Assembly (NCBI RefSeq): GCF_009834535.1
Contig: NC_045696.1
Span: 32,428,001 to 32,492,000, forward strand
Length of the DNA: 64,000 nt
Direction: 5' to 3'
DNA from: Camelus ferus
Taxonomy: Eukaryota
Shown: positions 14,261-27,870 of the stretch, one piece after another
Layout: every line of letters begins with the position of its first letter
Numbering within the stretch: position 1 is the first letter of the stretch
Translations under genes and position numbers: made by a program
Notes under the pieces: model-generated
What the model saw: only the letters and a program-made list of their open reading frames with translations
What the model was told of the DNA's origin: nothing
Databases searched by the model: none

Positions 14261-15405
14261 ATTAGTATATATATAGCAACTATTTTCAATAGGATATAGC
14301 TTTTCTTTTTGTATTATAACCTTTAATAAATAAATGGTTTAAATTTCAATGTACTGGAATTTATTGTTTTTTTCCTTTAGGAAAAGAAACAGGTTATAAA
14401 CCTAGGTGCATAGAAATAGTTTCCTATATTCCCTGATAAAAGCTTAATTTATTTGCAACCATGGTGCCCAGTGTATGAAAAAAAATCAAACAACATGCGT
14501 AATTTTCCAAAACAAAAGTAGTATCTGTGATGTTTGTGTGTAGATGGAGCAGGGAGAGACTATAGATTAACTGACAACAGGAGAGAGAATCACAGACATG
14601 GCCCATTTGTTAATGTTTAGAAGTGCGTATCCTATGGCTTTACACAAATAAATAAAACTTAATCATGGACATGTTTGGTAAATAACTTGTTCATCCTTGT
14701 TTTATGAGGTTGGGCTATGATGTAGTAAAATCTATCAAATGAATAATAGCACAGGAAAGAATTGATTTTTTTGACAGGTTCACATTGTTAAGAGCCATTT
14801 ATTTGAGAGATCTCCATTTTTTTTTCCCAGTGGAGAGAGAATGTGATTTTTTTAATTATGTGAAACATTGACTTTTTGTAACTGAAAATACCCTTTAAGA
14901 AACACTTTATTATCTTACAGGTGTTTTAATGTTTTGGACAGAGAACATTTTTGATGAACTGGATGCCTTAAGTCTGTATATATTGAACAGCATTTTCCCT
15001 TTGACTTAAAATTGAGTATCCTATTCTGAAAGTTTCTACTGGGTGTAATGCACACACTGATTTTGTGTGTCACATTTGTAAACACATTTTAAGGACAAAT
15101 GAAGATGTTCTAATTTGTATCAAAGATTATGTTTAGAGCAAATAATATAAATATAGGACCAAGGTCCCTATGAAAAAATGTGTTGTATGGAGTGAGATTT
15201 TCTTTATGAGGAGCTCTTCGTTGAAGGAATCTTTTTTTTTTTCTTTTAGCTATATGATACTTTATTTGCATCTTTGCCTCAGTGCTCATGAGGCTGTAAA
15301 GAGTGGAGCCCACACGAATTTCAGGAATGATTCCATACTTGGAGATGCAACATAAATTCACCATAGTTAATTAATTTGGAAGTCGTTTTGGGGGTTTGTT
15401 ACTTT

Positions 15406-16051
15406 TGTTGCCAGTGACGACTAGGTTCTTTTCCTGTCACAGAAAGAATTCAGAGAGGGGACATGGAGGTTAAGAAAGTAAAGTGAGGATTTACTAAGTG
15501 ATAGATATGACACTCTCAAGGAGCAAGCGGGCAGGCTCATGTGAGCAGTTGCCCTGAGTTTCTTTGGCAAGTTGTTTACATAGAGTGTAAAAATGAATAG
15601 ACAGAATATTCACTGGGGAGGGAAGGGTTTGGGGGTCTTACTCCCTGATTTTAATCCCAACTTCACCTTCCTGAAAGGTAGGAGAAGTTTTTGTCCTTAT
15701 TTAGTCTGGATCGGAAGTGACATGGCATCAGTCTGTGATGGGTACTTCTAATCTGCAAGGCTGATTTTATTGAAATGATGGCATAATGAGCAAAAGGTTG
15801 TACTCAGACTCTTGAGATTCCTGCCTTTTCCCACCTTTCTTTGTCAGCCTCCAGACCACTAGTCACCCCAAAATGTGTGACCACTTAACCAGCCCAGACA
15901 TTCCAGCTCTTCTTTCCCTGCCCAGGGACCCCTGTTGTTTACACAGTGTATGGTTTCCTGTATTTGGCCTGTGCCCCTCCTTTTGCCTAAACCTACCATT
16001 TGGCCTGCATCCCCCTTTATCTGCTCATATCTCACTATGCCTGCTCTAACA
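15406..16051 (-). mobile_element. ERV1-class solo LTR (~646 bp)
   Basis: Termini TGTTG...TAACA with 4-bp flanks cttt/tttt. Opening aaagaattcagagag...aaagtaaagtgaggatttact is typical of antisense ERV1 U5/R with a degenerate poly(A) signal. Short internal duplication tttggcctg...cccct near 15963 and 15999. Confidence 0.8.
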
Positions 16052-16102
16052 TTTTGAGGAATATACCCTTGACCAATAAATCCTCCATAAACTAGCAGAG
16101 AT

Positions 16103-16811
16103 TGTGGTGTATGTGATCCTCTAGAAAAAAGAGGACAAGAGAAATCCTAGGGCACTAAGGAGAGCAGGGTACCATCTGGAAGCTGGAGGGTAGGGGTGGG
16201 GTAGGGCAGGGCAACTGACAGGTCACCCGAGCAAGCTGTGGATTATGAAATCAAGGCAGTGGGCTGGGGGCTCTGTCTGTTCCTTAACTGGCAGTATGTC
16301 TAAGGACTCAGATTCTCAGTTCATCCCTGTCCATGTGGAATGCTCACTCCAGCTAGAGTAAGAGAACAGGCTTTCAAACCTTGGCTGTGCTTCTCACCAG
16401 CATTGTGTTTGTGAGCAGAGAATTTAAAAGTTTTAGTGCTTCAGGGTTTTTTGTTTGTTTGTTTTTTAATCTGGCAACTAGAGATGCAGTACCCCAGGGT
16501 TGCAATGATAAAGGAAACAATGCAGTCTGAGCACCTTGAATACTCTCTTTTGCATACAAAAAGACCACTGTTAGAAAGTTAGGGGCTTGGTGGTGGGGAA
16601 TGGAGGGACTGACAGATTTACTGAGTACAGACTTTGAATTCAGAAAATCTCCACATGTTTGTTGGAAAACACAGCAAACAAGGCCTGGAACAACATGCTT
16701 CCTTATTCATATTCAGTATGCATCAGAGAGGGACCTCTTTCTCCAGTGTAGCCCTCAAATCATTCCCTTCAGTAGGTTTCTGTCTTTCTCATTCCCTTGT
16801 CTCACCCCACA
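16103..16811 (-). mobile_element. Ancient LTR, probably Gypsy-type (LTR81-like)
   Basis: GC-richer block bounded by TGTGG...CCACA. The minus strand starts tgtggggtgagacaagggaatgag...acctactgaagggaatgatttgagg, similar to my recollection of eutherian Gypsy LTR consensuses. No TSD seen. Confidence 0.45.
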
Positions 16812-19127
16812 AATAATAACAGGTCTATAGGCTGGCCATACCTCCTGGCTAAAGTTGGGGTTCCTAACGCAATGTCCTTCTATGGGATAACTGTGATGGT
16901 TTCAGTTTAACCAAGGCAGGCCCTCGGAACTAGGAGACAATGAAACTCATGGATTACTTGGGGCAAGGGTACACAAATTAAGGTTCTGTAGAAAGTAGCA
17001 AGGAGGGAGTGAAAACAGACCAGCTAACAAACCATGCCCACTACGCTATATTTACTGCAGGTGTCTAGAAAAGTGATTCACCCTTGCCCCAAGTCATTAT
17101 GTGAGTCTGACATCATATTATAATTACCTATTCTATTTTACATGGCATGCGTACTGAAAGAAAATTTTAAGGAGATAATGTAGAAAAATAAATACTATTT
17201 GCCATAAATAAAATGAAAATGTAATAAGATCTCTCATTCAATTTAAATTGTATACTTCTCTTATGATTTTGCTACCTAGAAATAGAATCTTATTAAAATT
17301 AGTTATATGCTTTTCATTTAATTGAAGTGGCATTTATTTTATTTTCAAGTGGTAAATATGTATTACTGCAATTTTTTCTGATAATGACAAATAAATAACA
17401 GAGAAGTTAAACACTAAAATTATTTATAAATTTTTGGAGGCAGAACTCTCAGAATGAATATTTATATTAATTGGTTCCATATTTTTCATGTAATTTCATA
17501 TATAAAGAAATAAAATTTTGTATTTTAGTAATTATGTAGGCTCACTATTATTTTGAACCACATATACTATTATAGGTATTCTTCTAAATAATTAAAAATT
17601 CTGTCATCATGCCTTTCAAAATTATTTATTTTACTTAGTACATGTGATTTATGGGCACAGAAACTTAAGATGGAAGCTTAGATACAACACTGGAGATCCT
17701 CGAGTCTATACATAGACACTTTGCTTTAGTTTTATATGATCTTTTGCGTCTCACTTTTGGTTGCTGAAGAAACTGTTAATGGTTTTGAATCAGATCACCT
17801 TGCAGATAAGAAAAATCAGAATAGAAGTAATTTTCCAAGAGAAGAATTGCTCTTAGAATAGGTTATTTCCTTAAAGACTCAAGAAAAGTTATTGGTTTCT
17901 TTGCATAACTCTTGAAGCTTTAAAAAATGTGGTTTTAAAGTTAAAAAAATAATTTTTTAAGAAAGGACCACATAGGTATATGTGTGTACATATGTATAAA
18001 TGTGTGTATGTATGTAAATATGTATATAATATATATGACATCTTTTTGAAATGACAATAATCCTTCTCACTTCAATGTCTTTTTTTTCCCCCTGAGAGCC
18101 AAGGAAAGCTATGCAATATATAGAGTATACAACCTTATTATATGCTATTTCTGATTACGGGGAACAGCACTTGCCAGAGTGATTGATGTTTTAGCTAGTC
18201 CAGTCTTACTTCTTACTTTAGCCAGGAAATTCTGGCCAATTAAGGAGGAGAAGGGAAAACCATCAATCAAATCAAATGTGACAACCACCCCACCTCTACC
18301 ATTAAAAAATACAGTTAGAAAAGTCATATCTTTCCATCTAGTCCCTTTCAAAAGGCATCAAGTGCTTTGATTTTTTTTTCCCTTGTGCACATCATGATAA
18401 TTAATAAGTATTAGAAAATATTTTACAACAAGTTTCTTTCTAAAGACAAGGAATATTTCAGTGAACATACTTAACCTAGACCCACTAGGGGATCTGAACA
18501 AACGGAAGTTCTGATATCCTTTCCCTTGTGACCTGAGAGAGTTGATCTATTTCCAGTGACACTGAAGTATTTTCTCAGGTGTTATTTAAAACAAATTCTG
18601 CACATTGATTCTTATAGTTAAAGCTAAGCTTTGGAATGCCCCCTTTTAGGCATAATGTATCACCTAGGTACATTTCTATAGTACCATATAGTAATTAGAT
18701 TGATTAATCATTCAAAAATTATCCTAGAAGGTCCAGTTCATGCCCATAATTTTTTCTAAATAAAATAGTCATAATCAGAACAGAGTGGAAGGGCATATTA
18801 GTGAATATAATTGTTCCAGTAATACGATGCCATAAATAGTATAAAAGTAATGTGTAAAATGTCAGGGCAGCATTGAATGATTCAGTAATGGTCCAAATTT
18901 AAAGGAGGTTAACATTTATAGAAGATATGAGGCAAACCTAGGGCCTTTGAGTTGTGGGTGATCCAAGAGTATATCCAGGGGTAAAACAAGAGCTTCACAG
19001 ATAGTCTGAGGTACCAATTATATGGAGCAAGGCAGAGAAGTGAGATTTATTTGTGAGACTAAGTCAAAAACTACTCACTTGACTAGAATAATACAAATTG
19101 CAATAATCTCCTGAGTTCCTGGAATCA

Positions 19128-19185
19128 ATCTAGCTAGCTAGCTAGCTATCCATCTATCTATCTATCTTTTATCTATCAATCTATA
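19128..19185. repeat. (TAGC)n/(TATC)n tetranucleotide repeat
   Basis: ctagctagctagctagctatccatctatctatctatc. Confidence 0.85.
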
Positions 19186-19319
19186 CACGCATACCCTTTA
19201 CATTGCAATTGCTGTCAAGCATAGCTCTATACAATAGAGATGAGTAGGATATCAGAGACCTAATTTAATGTGAAATAACGAGTTGTATTGATCCGAAAGA
19301 GATTTTTTTTTTATTCCTA

Positions 19320-19990
19320 TCAAAATCTTACTTGTTCTTTGATTGAAATGAAACTGGAAGTTTTTGAGTTGATCCAAAATTAGGAGAATATTTATGAGAA
19401 AGTTAATGGCCACTTTGGGATGTCTTGACCCTGTGGTGACAAGGCATCCAGAAGGTGATGTGTATATAAGCTCCTCAAAATAACAGGAAGAATTTCTAAA
19501 ATAGCATTGGAAATGAATTTGTAGATCTGTGAAGCATGTGCACAGGAGATACAGTAATAACCTTGAAAATGAATGAGATAGCAAATGATCAATCATAGGG
19601 AAAGGAGAAAAGGAGCAAAGAAAAGACCTTAAGACCACTGGCATATAGAGACTGAGAAAGGAAAAAATTACATTGAAAGTCAGCAAAAATGTAGTTAGGA
19701 AAAAAAAAAACTGCATGGGTGGTATAGCATCTTAGAAGCCAAGAGAGATTGTTTCAAAAATAAGGCAGTACTCAACATAGTACAGCATTGCAGAGATGTC
19801 AAAGAACATCAATGCTTAGAAAACTTTCTCTGATCCAATTAATATAATGTAATGAAATATTGGCAACATTTCTAAAAAGCAAGTATAGAAATTATACATA
19901 TGCTGGATTACCAAGAACAATAAAGGATTTGAGCAAGGCTAAGATTTTCTTTTAAGTTTTTTGGTGTTGAAAGAATGATACTGCATGGCA
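19320..19990 (-). mobile_element. L2 LINE fragment
   Basis: Purine-rich tracts (aagccaagagagattgtttcaaaa, gcagagatgtcaaag) match antisense L2; boundaries approximate. Confidence 0.55.
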
Positions 19991-20524
19991 GCTTGAAGGA
20001 ATAGAAGTATTTAGGTCACAAGTTAGTTTTAGGCAAGTGAACCAGTAGGCACAGGGGATGGTAGCCATTTAGAAGGAGATGTGCAAAGCATGCATGAGGG
20101 AGCAGAATTCATTCCTTGAACAGGGTTCTGGATGGAAGACGAGGAGATAGTACTGTTCCAGGGACCTAGACTATAACTGAGTGGATGAAATAAAATATAT
20201 AAGTGAAGGAAAGGATTAACCACAGGAAATGGAAAAGATGTTAATTCTGGTTTCTATTCTCAAATTTATTCTCAAATAAATATGTAGCTTTCAATGGGAT
20301 GTCGACTGTATACTCATATTCTCACTTGTGTGTACCTTTGTGTACATATTTATCATATATACATATGGTTGAATACTATTTATATAGTATAACCCTTTCT
20401 CCATATAAAATTTTTAAGTTCCAGAAGTGAAGAACTCTTTTCTGCCCATACACTTATTGTCAAAACATTGCTTCAGCTATTCCACAGTGTCGTATCTCAT
20501 CTTGAAATCAAGGACTATGCTACT

Positions 20525-21331
20525 TACCTATTATCTGGAGTTAGACAGACTGTGAGATGGAAGGCATAGTCTTTCAGGCTGCCAAGTCTACTTAAGGCTT
20601 GTGATTCCAACTGCAAGCAATTAGGGTTCAACTACAAAGTTAGAAAGAATAGTCTGCATATGACTACCCTCCCTCCTGATAACAGTTGTGTGTTGGGGGA
20701 TTTCCCAAGACCATCCTCAGATACAGTAATTCACTAGATTCACAGATCTCACTGAAACCTATTATACTCCTAGTTATACTTGTTATAGGGAAAGGATGCA
20801 AATCAGAACCAGCTGAAAGAAGAGTCCTATAAGGTAGAGTCTACGAGGGCTCCAAATACAAAGCCTACATTGTTCTCAGGATGTATTCCCTACTGGTATC
20901 AATGTGTGACAATAAACACAGAGTGTTGCCAACCCAGGAAGCTCACTCAAACTTCAGTGTCCAGAGTATTATTGGTCCATCATTACATAGGCATGATTGA
21001 TTGGTTAATTGCCCATGTGGTTAAACTCAATCTCCAGCAGCCCCTACACCTTTCAGGGAGGATGAACTGATATCACATGGTTGAAGCTCCCTGCTAAGCC
21101 TATGATTGGCCTTTCTGATGTGGCCAGTCCTAAGACTATCAGGTGAGGGCAGCCTCAACCTGAATTATCTTTTAAGTGTAAACTCCTAGGTGTGGTCAGA
21201 CAGGCTTATCTTGAATAGCAAAGACACTCCTATCACTTAGGGAGTTTCAAAGGTTTAGAGTTTACCTATTAAGAGCCAAAGATAAAGAAAGGCCAGACCT
21301 CTTTGGGTAAGGCTAACTTCCTTACTTTACA
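20525..21331 (-). mobile_element. MER21-family ERVL LTR
   Basis: The minus strand from 21331 reads tgtaaagtaaggaagttagccttacccaaagaggtctggccttt, matching the MER21 5' end. Internal hallmarks include caagaccatcctcag...taattcactaga and aaaggatgcaaatcagaaccagc. Confidence 0.85.
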
Positions 21332-22591
21332 ATATTCTTCCATGTTTTTGAGCCAAACTCCTCACAAAAGTTGTCCAACTTTTGTTTCTAATCCAGTTGG
21401 TTTTCAGTAATATATATGTATCATTATTTACCTGTTTGGGAGAAAAAAACATATCCTATCTCTTATTCATAATAATACCACTAGTATCTTCCTTTCTGTG
21501 GCCATAAGTATATTTCTATTGCCATCCAATTATTTTCTCCCATTAAATTTCAGCAATTTCCTAAATTCTTTAGTCCTAGACATTTTTGATATCATTTGTT
21601 ATGTCACTCCTTCCTTTCCACATTCCTTTTACAGCTCTCACGAAGTCTCTAGTCAGGCACTTTCATCGCCATACTTGTGAGATATTCTTGCTAATGGCCT
21701 AACTAGTTCATTTTATTATTTTTTTCTATATTTATTCTATATTTTACATTTCTGTCTGTATTCTACTTCAGTGTTCTATATGTACTCTTTATTTTGTATT
21801 CAAGCCCAAGTCCCAATCTTCTACATTGAGAATATACCATATGTGCCCCTCAAATCCTTCTTTGGTTAGGGTATTTACATTCACCAAAATATTTTCTATC
21901 TTTTATGATTCTCCTTAACAATACTTTTCCAGTAAAATATTTTTGCTTTCCCTCTTACGATTTTATGTGTGAAAAATCAAATGGAAAAACAAAGGATTGC
22001 CTTCAAAATTTCAAGACCAAGTATGTTACTTATTCGTTCGATATTTGCAAAGTACTTCGACAATTAGATGCATTTCATATTATTCCTACTCTTCCTATTT
22101 AATGATTTTCTGAAGAGAATTGTTGATAAAAGGGCAAGTAAATGTTAAAAATGTATGCATATTTCGCAAATCCTTGTAAAGTAAAAGAATGAGTCAGCAC
22201 TGTAATTTCGGAAGACACAATTGGCACAGTAAATCAAACCTGTGAAAATACCTGTAAGAAGAAATAGAGGGATGATTTGAAAAATGCATTACGAATGTTT
22301 TACGTTATACATTTTTTCCCCCTGGATAATACTTATTTAACAAATATCCAATATAAGACATCATGCTAGACTCTGAGAATGAATTTTTTTCTAAATTTAA
22401 AAATACAGTTTGCTTATTTTATCTTCCACTGAAGAAGCAATCAACATTACTTGTCTTCACTTCTATTTCAAAAACACGTAAGCTTTAAAATCGTTAGTTC
22501 TTTGTTTATATTCTTAAGTTAATCAATTGCTCTTCAACCATGTCTCTTTTGGTTGTTTTCTCTCTCCTTTTCAAGGCATTGAAGAAGAAAG

Positions 22592-22592
<1 letters not shown>

Positions 22593-22625
<33 letters not shown>
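22593..22625. repeat. (CA)n microsatellite
   Basis: About 16 CA units; the source of the HTHTHT run in ORF 22527-22853. Confidence 0.95.
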
Positions 22626-22627
<2 letters not shown>

Positions 22628-24699
22628 CCATACACCGTGTTATTCATTGCTGCCTCTGTACATTCATTTTGTCAGCCTGGCCCAAACTCCATTAGAACTG
22701 TGTTGCAGTCTAAGACTCTTCCTACCCGTGGTCCAAAGACTCTCTCTGCCTACTCCTGCTCCCTCTCCTTTATGTTTCACAGACATTTCCTCCAATATGT
22801 CTCTTGTAGGTTTAACCCTGTTTGGTGTCTGCTTCTTGAAGCACCTCAGCTAACCAATCTTTGTCCTGAAAAATAAATAAGCATACAGTGTATTCAAGTT
22901 CATAGACAACGATAAATGCTCTCATTTCTATGACTTTTTTTAAGCACAAAAATTTTCTCGTCACCAACTTAAAAATCATTTAAAAATTTTCTCAGCTCTA
23001 TGAATTCCAATACACCACAGTCTCCTCCATTCATAGCCAAATTGTAAAGATCAGTTTTTGCTTGTATCAAGTTCAGTGTTGCTACCATTTATTTAGGGCA
23101 GCTTTCTAGTTATATTCATGTGATGTTAGGAAGAAGGTGAAGAGGATGTTCCAGAAAGCCATGCATATATCCACCTATGAAAAGCCAGGTTTGGTTTAAA
23201 TGTGTAATGAGTAGAATTGGAAAAGTTAGGAGCTGGACTTCCTTAGCACTTCTTGATGCCTCCACTGCAGTACCTCTACTCAGACTGAATTTGACAGTCA
23301 CATGTTTCTCCTTCGCAAAATATTGAGTTTTGAGAGGGTGTGAATTGTGTCTCTTGTCTCTGTAACTCTATATCCTAACACAGTTAAAAAGAGATCAATT
23401 AATTTTAGTTGAAAGAAAAAAAAACTGACTAAAAATAAGAAGCCAAAAAAAAAAAAAAAAAGGAGGAGAAATAGTAAGTTAGTTGTGAAAAGAATATATG
23501 GAAAATTTTACTGAAAGACAATTAGCTCCAAAGATCTACCCAAGAAGATATAATAAAGACAAAGGCTTTTAAAGTAGAAGAATTCACTGATGTTTAGGAA
23601 TAATTAGAAAGATTTTCTGGTGGAATTAGGACTTAACCCAGATTTTGTGGGAGTAGGAGAACTGAGTGACAAGCAATGAGGAAGAAGATTCAGGTCAAAG
23701 CGAAGACTTGAACCTTACTTGTAAATGGCATGCTTAAAGGAAAATGAATAGTCCAGAGTTGACAAGATGAAGGAGGCAAATAAGAATTATACTGTACTGT
23801 ATAGTACTCTAAGCTTGGTTTTGATAAGGACATTAAATAGTCTGTTGGCCTAAATGCCAAGCAGGTAGTTTCTAGCTGGGGTACATAACAATCTCATCCC
23901 TTAAAATACAGATCAGTTACATATTGATTATGGATTCTTTGATTGAGAATGTGATCTGCTCAGACCTTTTAGAACCCACACACACAGAGGGGTAGAAACT
24001 GATCATTTCTCCCTGGCCATTTAGATTATCTGCATCAATACTGATGATCAAAAGTCAGAAGAGGCTGTGGCCAGGTCACCCTCAGATCCAACTCTATGAA
24101 GAATTCCCTTTACAATGAATTTGAGATGAGAAACACCAGTATCTGTTTGTGCACTTGTAAATGACATAAAATCTATTTTTATTAGCTGTACATCACAATT
24201 TGGAAGGATGTTAGCATTGGAAATAGAGAAATCTGGAAGTTGTGAATTTTAAAAAAAGATACTAAATTGTTGGTAGAAGAGGAGTAATATTTCTGCAAAA
24301 ATGTTTAAGAAGATAAAATAACAAAGGATCCCAGAACTTGGGAACTGACCTTTTAAATATTCAGTATGGTTGAAAGATTGCCCTAGGTAAGCGTGTCTTG
24401 CTAGATTTCTCCTCATCTATCAAGGTGTGATCTTTTTAAAGCTAAACCGCAATATCCAAATCCGATACCCAAAGTGTGAGAGAAGAGATTGCAAAAGTCC
24501 CTTTCTCTCACTTAGATGTTTTCCCACTTGGTATAGCTGAAATAACTTTTCTAATAGTTGTTAATCTGAAGTTTTCGCATTAATGAAGACACATAACTGT
24601 GCAACACACTCTAACGGGACTAACAGCTACAATTATTATCAATTTTTAATTTATATTGAGACAAAAAAACATTTAACAATATCTTAGTTTGCTCCCTGG

Positions 24700-25200
24700 A
24701 GTCTACAAAATAAATTTAATTTGTCTTATACATGACAGTCCTTAAATATTTCAACAGACTTACTATGAGCCTCTCTTGCTTAGGCAGAACATACATCCTC
24801 TTATTCTAGTAACACTTCTACTGAGGACATTTAGTATATTATTAGATTCCTAAAGCAGCTCCCCAAATTTAAAACAATTTTCAAGATAAATTCTGGCCAG
24901 AATACAATGAAGTAAAGTTATTTTTCTGGATATAAGAATTCTATTAACTCACTTTGTGGGCACCTTCATTTCACAATAATGCTTGATAAACGTAAAGTCA
25001 ATTCAAATTCTATATTTCAAACCAAAACAAAATACAAATTACTGTTGAGTCAACTTCTCTTCACCTGTAGTGTAGCTAATTTTTTTTATCCCTGTGTGGA
25101 GACCTTCATATTTATCCTTATTAGCTACTATCATTTTTAACTTTGGCTCATCCTTGTAGCTTACTGGGAACTATTTGGACAATGATTCCATGCTCCATTT
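24700..25200 (-). mobile_element. CR1/L3 LINE relic
   Basis: catgacagtccttaaatatttcaacagac, ttctggatataagaattctattaa and accttcatatttatccttatt resemble antisense L3. Confidence 0.45.
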
Positions 25201-25259
25201 AGCACACTGGGAGCAAATAAGGTTTAGATCCACTTACAAGGCTGAGTTGCGTGAAGTTT

Positions 25260-25790
25260 CAGGGATGCAGTGTACATGTTGAGATGAAGTACAGAAAAAT
25301 TGGAAGCAAAAGGCCTGTTAGCAAATAATTGGCAGTAGTCCAGGTATTAGGTCAAACAGTCCTAGAGTAAGATGGTAATTGTAGGCAAGACTATGAAAAA
25401 AAAAAAACTAACAAAAAAAAATTCAAACTAACAAAAACTAGTGACTTACTAGATGTATGTAGTAAGGAAATAGAATGAATCAAAAGCAGCTGGACTGTTA
25501 GGTTTTCAGTTTGGATATTTAGAACCTGACAGTAACTTTGACAGATATACTGAGTCCCAAAGGAAAAGGTGGTTGGAAAGAAGGATGAGGACATTGACTT
25601 AGATATATTAACTTTGAAGTGATGGTGGTACAAACAATTAGAAAGTCCCAAAGTACATACAGGTGATGGGAGGAGGCTGACCTGAAACACAGAACCAAGG
25701 TAAATGCTAAAGGTAGATACTTGATAGTCATCTATTCAGAAATGATATCTGAAGCCCAAAGAAGGGCTCAGCATTTTTCTAAGAGCCATA
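25260..25790 (-). mobile_element. L2 LINE fragment
   Basis: gcagtagtccaggta...actagatgt...ttaggttttcagtttgg...tttgaagtg, antisense L2 pattern. Confidence 0.55.
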
Positions 25791-26329
25791 AATTTTCATA
25801 AAATTATTAACTCATGGATAACAGAAGTTGTATACCAGCCTAAGGAGAAAAACCTTGAGGAAGTTCTATGAAAACACATGGAAGAGTTAACATAATAGGA
25901 AGAAATGAATTGAAATAGAACAAAAAATATTGTACTTGTCTTTCAAGTATTCTTCTAATGGAGTTCTTTAATATTAATTTTTAAAGATTCAACATAAATT
26001 GTAACCACTCTTAAATCTTCATTAAGTTATTTTTTTAAATGGTGACTATTTTCCCTTACCTGTTATTAAAATATTTTATTTTCAAAGCTTCATCTTTAAG
26101 AAGTTAAGTGTATTACTATGCTTCTTAAATTCAGCATTAATTTCAGAACAATTTTTTGCTGTTTTTTTACTTTCAGTCCTGACACTCATATTTAAATAGT
26201 CTGGATAAAGTTAACTGATGGTACTTGTATAACCCTGGCTTAATTTGAAGGCAGTCCACATTTTGTATTATCTTTCTGGAATTTCATTTATCATGATTTA
26301 TATATGTATTGGATCATTATTTATAAGCT

Positions 26330-27200
26330 ATTCATTTATGTCAGAGAGAACAGTTGAGGAAAGAGTTTGTAGAGTATTATGATTGCTTAATTCTTTTATC
26401 TTTTCTCATCCCTGTTTCTGCTTGGAAAAGCTCAGCATGTGTAGAATTATATGCCTTTCATGCAAAGGCAAAAACACAATCTCTGATTATAAATTTATAT
26501 TTACTGATCTTGACAAAACGACTTTCCCATATTTTTCTCCTAAAATATCATAACATTCAACATATGATGCTTTAAAAATTCAGCAAAAGAAGCAGTTGTT
26601 TGTGATTTTTTTTTAATCATGTCATCTTAATGCTTGAAACAGAAACACATAAATAAAAAGGAATGCATAATAAGGTATATATTTGATTTCAGAAAGTGAT
26701 GAAAAATTGATTGTTTTAGTGTTGAAAATAATTAAATCTAATGTAATTATTTAAAAATTGATTTCAATATAGATTTGAATTAAAAAAGCATATTATATCT
26801 CAAAATTGAGAAATCCCTATCATTTAATAAATATAAATGAAAATAATGCCAGCATTAAAATACATGCAGTACAGGTGAGTTTGAAATTTTGCTTCACAAA
26901 GAAGTATGTGCCTCTCTGGAAAAGCCTGTGGATTTTTTACACAATAAAAATACAAGAGAATATATATAAACTGTTCAGTATAATGAGACCAATATTTCAT
27001 ATATTGGCTGGGAAAAAATCTCATTAAACTAACATTCTCAAAAGATAATAAGAAATCAGTATTTTACATCATTTAAGAGTTACCATTATGCAAATTGTAC
27101 AACAATGATTGAAAGCTTTTCTTAAAAGTTTTTAGAGCAGTTTCTAATATTTCTTCAAGATTGCATATTCTATGCCAATTAAAAAATTATACTCATGTTT
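26330..27200 (+). mobile_element. Highly decayed hAT/Charlie-type transposase fragment
   Basis: Short degenerate motifs in the order expected for Charlie/Buster C-terminal halves: MSERTVEERV (~WLSRGxVLxRV), LEKLS (~WLxKLAYL), KGKNT (~LQGKN), LRNPY (~WIRNPF), FRAVSNISSRLHILCQLK (~LRxALSxIxPRLxxL). Confidence 0.4.
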
Positions 27201-27870
27201 TAAATGTTCTTCTGCCATGAGTGTAAACATATGCTTAATATTAACTTACCATTTTCAAAATGGTGATAAAGTGATAATTAATCATTTTAAAAAATAAATA
27301 TGCAATTATATTTTCAATATTGATCCTGTAGTCAAAAGTCCAAACTTTCAAGAGAATTTTTACTTAACCGTACTGAGAATTTAATTATTATTTTTATTTA
27401 ATTAGAGATTTTTAATATTTTGCTGTTTGTTTATTTAATAGGTAAGTGCAGGAGATGCTCAAATTTAATTTTTCATGGCAAATTATATGTTATTTTTAAT
27501 ATCTACATTTTTATGCCTCACCATATTTGCATTTACTGGAATAGCAGGAATGGTAACTCAAGCCTCTTTTCTTTGATGAAGTCATCAGTAATATTATAAC
27601 TTAGTTGTAATATTCCTCATGGGACTGGTAATGATTATTACTTTATTGGCAAATAAAATTACTTAAGTGAATACATTTTTCCTTCACATCAAACATTTAA
27701 ATTAATTGCAGCAGCAGATCCTGTATTGTCCACATGTTGTGGTTATCCCATATTTACTGAAATTCCATGTTATTCTGTCTATAAATATAACTAAAGTAAT
27801 GTTGGTATTATTCATTATTTTTCAAAATTATGAAAATACCCTTTGATGTTTATCATTTAAAATGACAAGA

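Noticed and set aside
19252..19716. Longest ORF in the window (154 aa, minus strand)
   Set aside because: Low-complexity F/L/S-rich translation overlapping an L2 relic; no recognisable protein.
22527..22853. His-Thr repeat ORF (similar ones at 49159-49341 and 53041-53397)
   Set aside because: Translation artefacts of (CA)n/(TG)n microsatellites.
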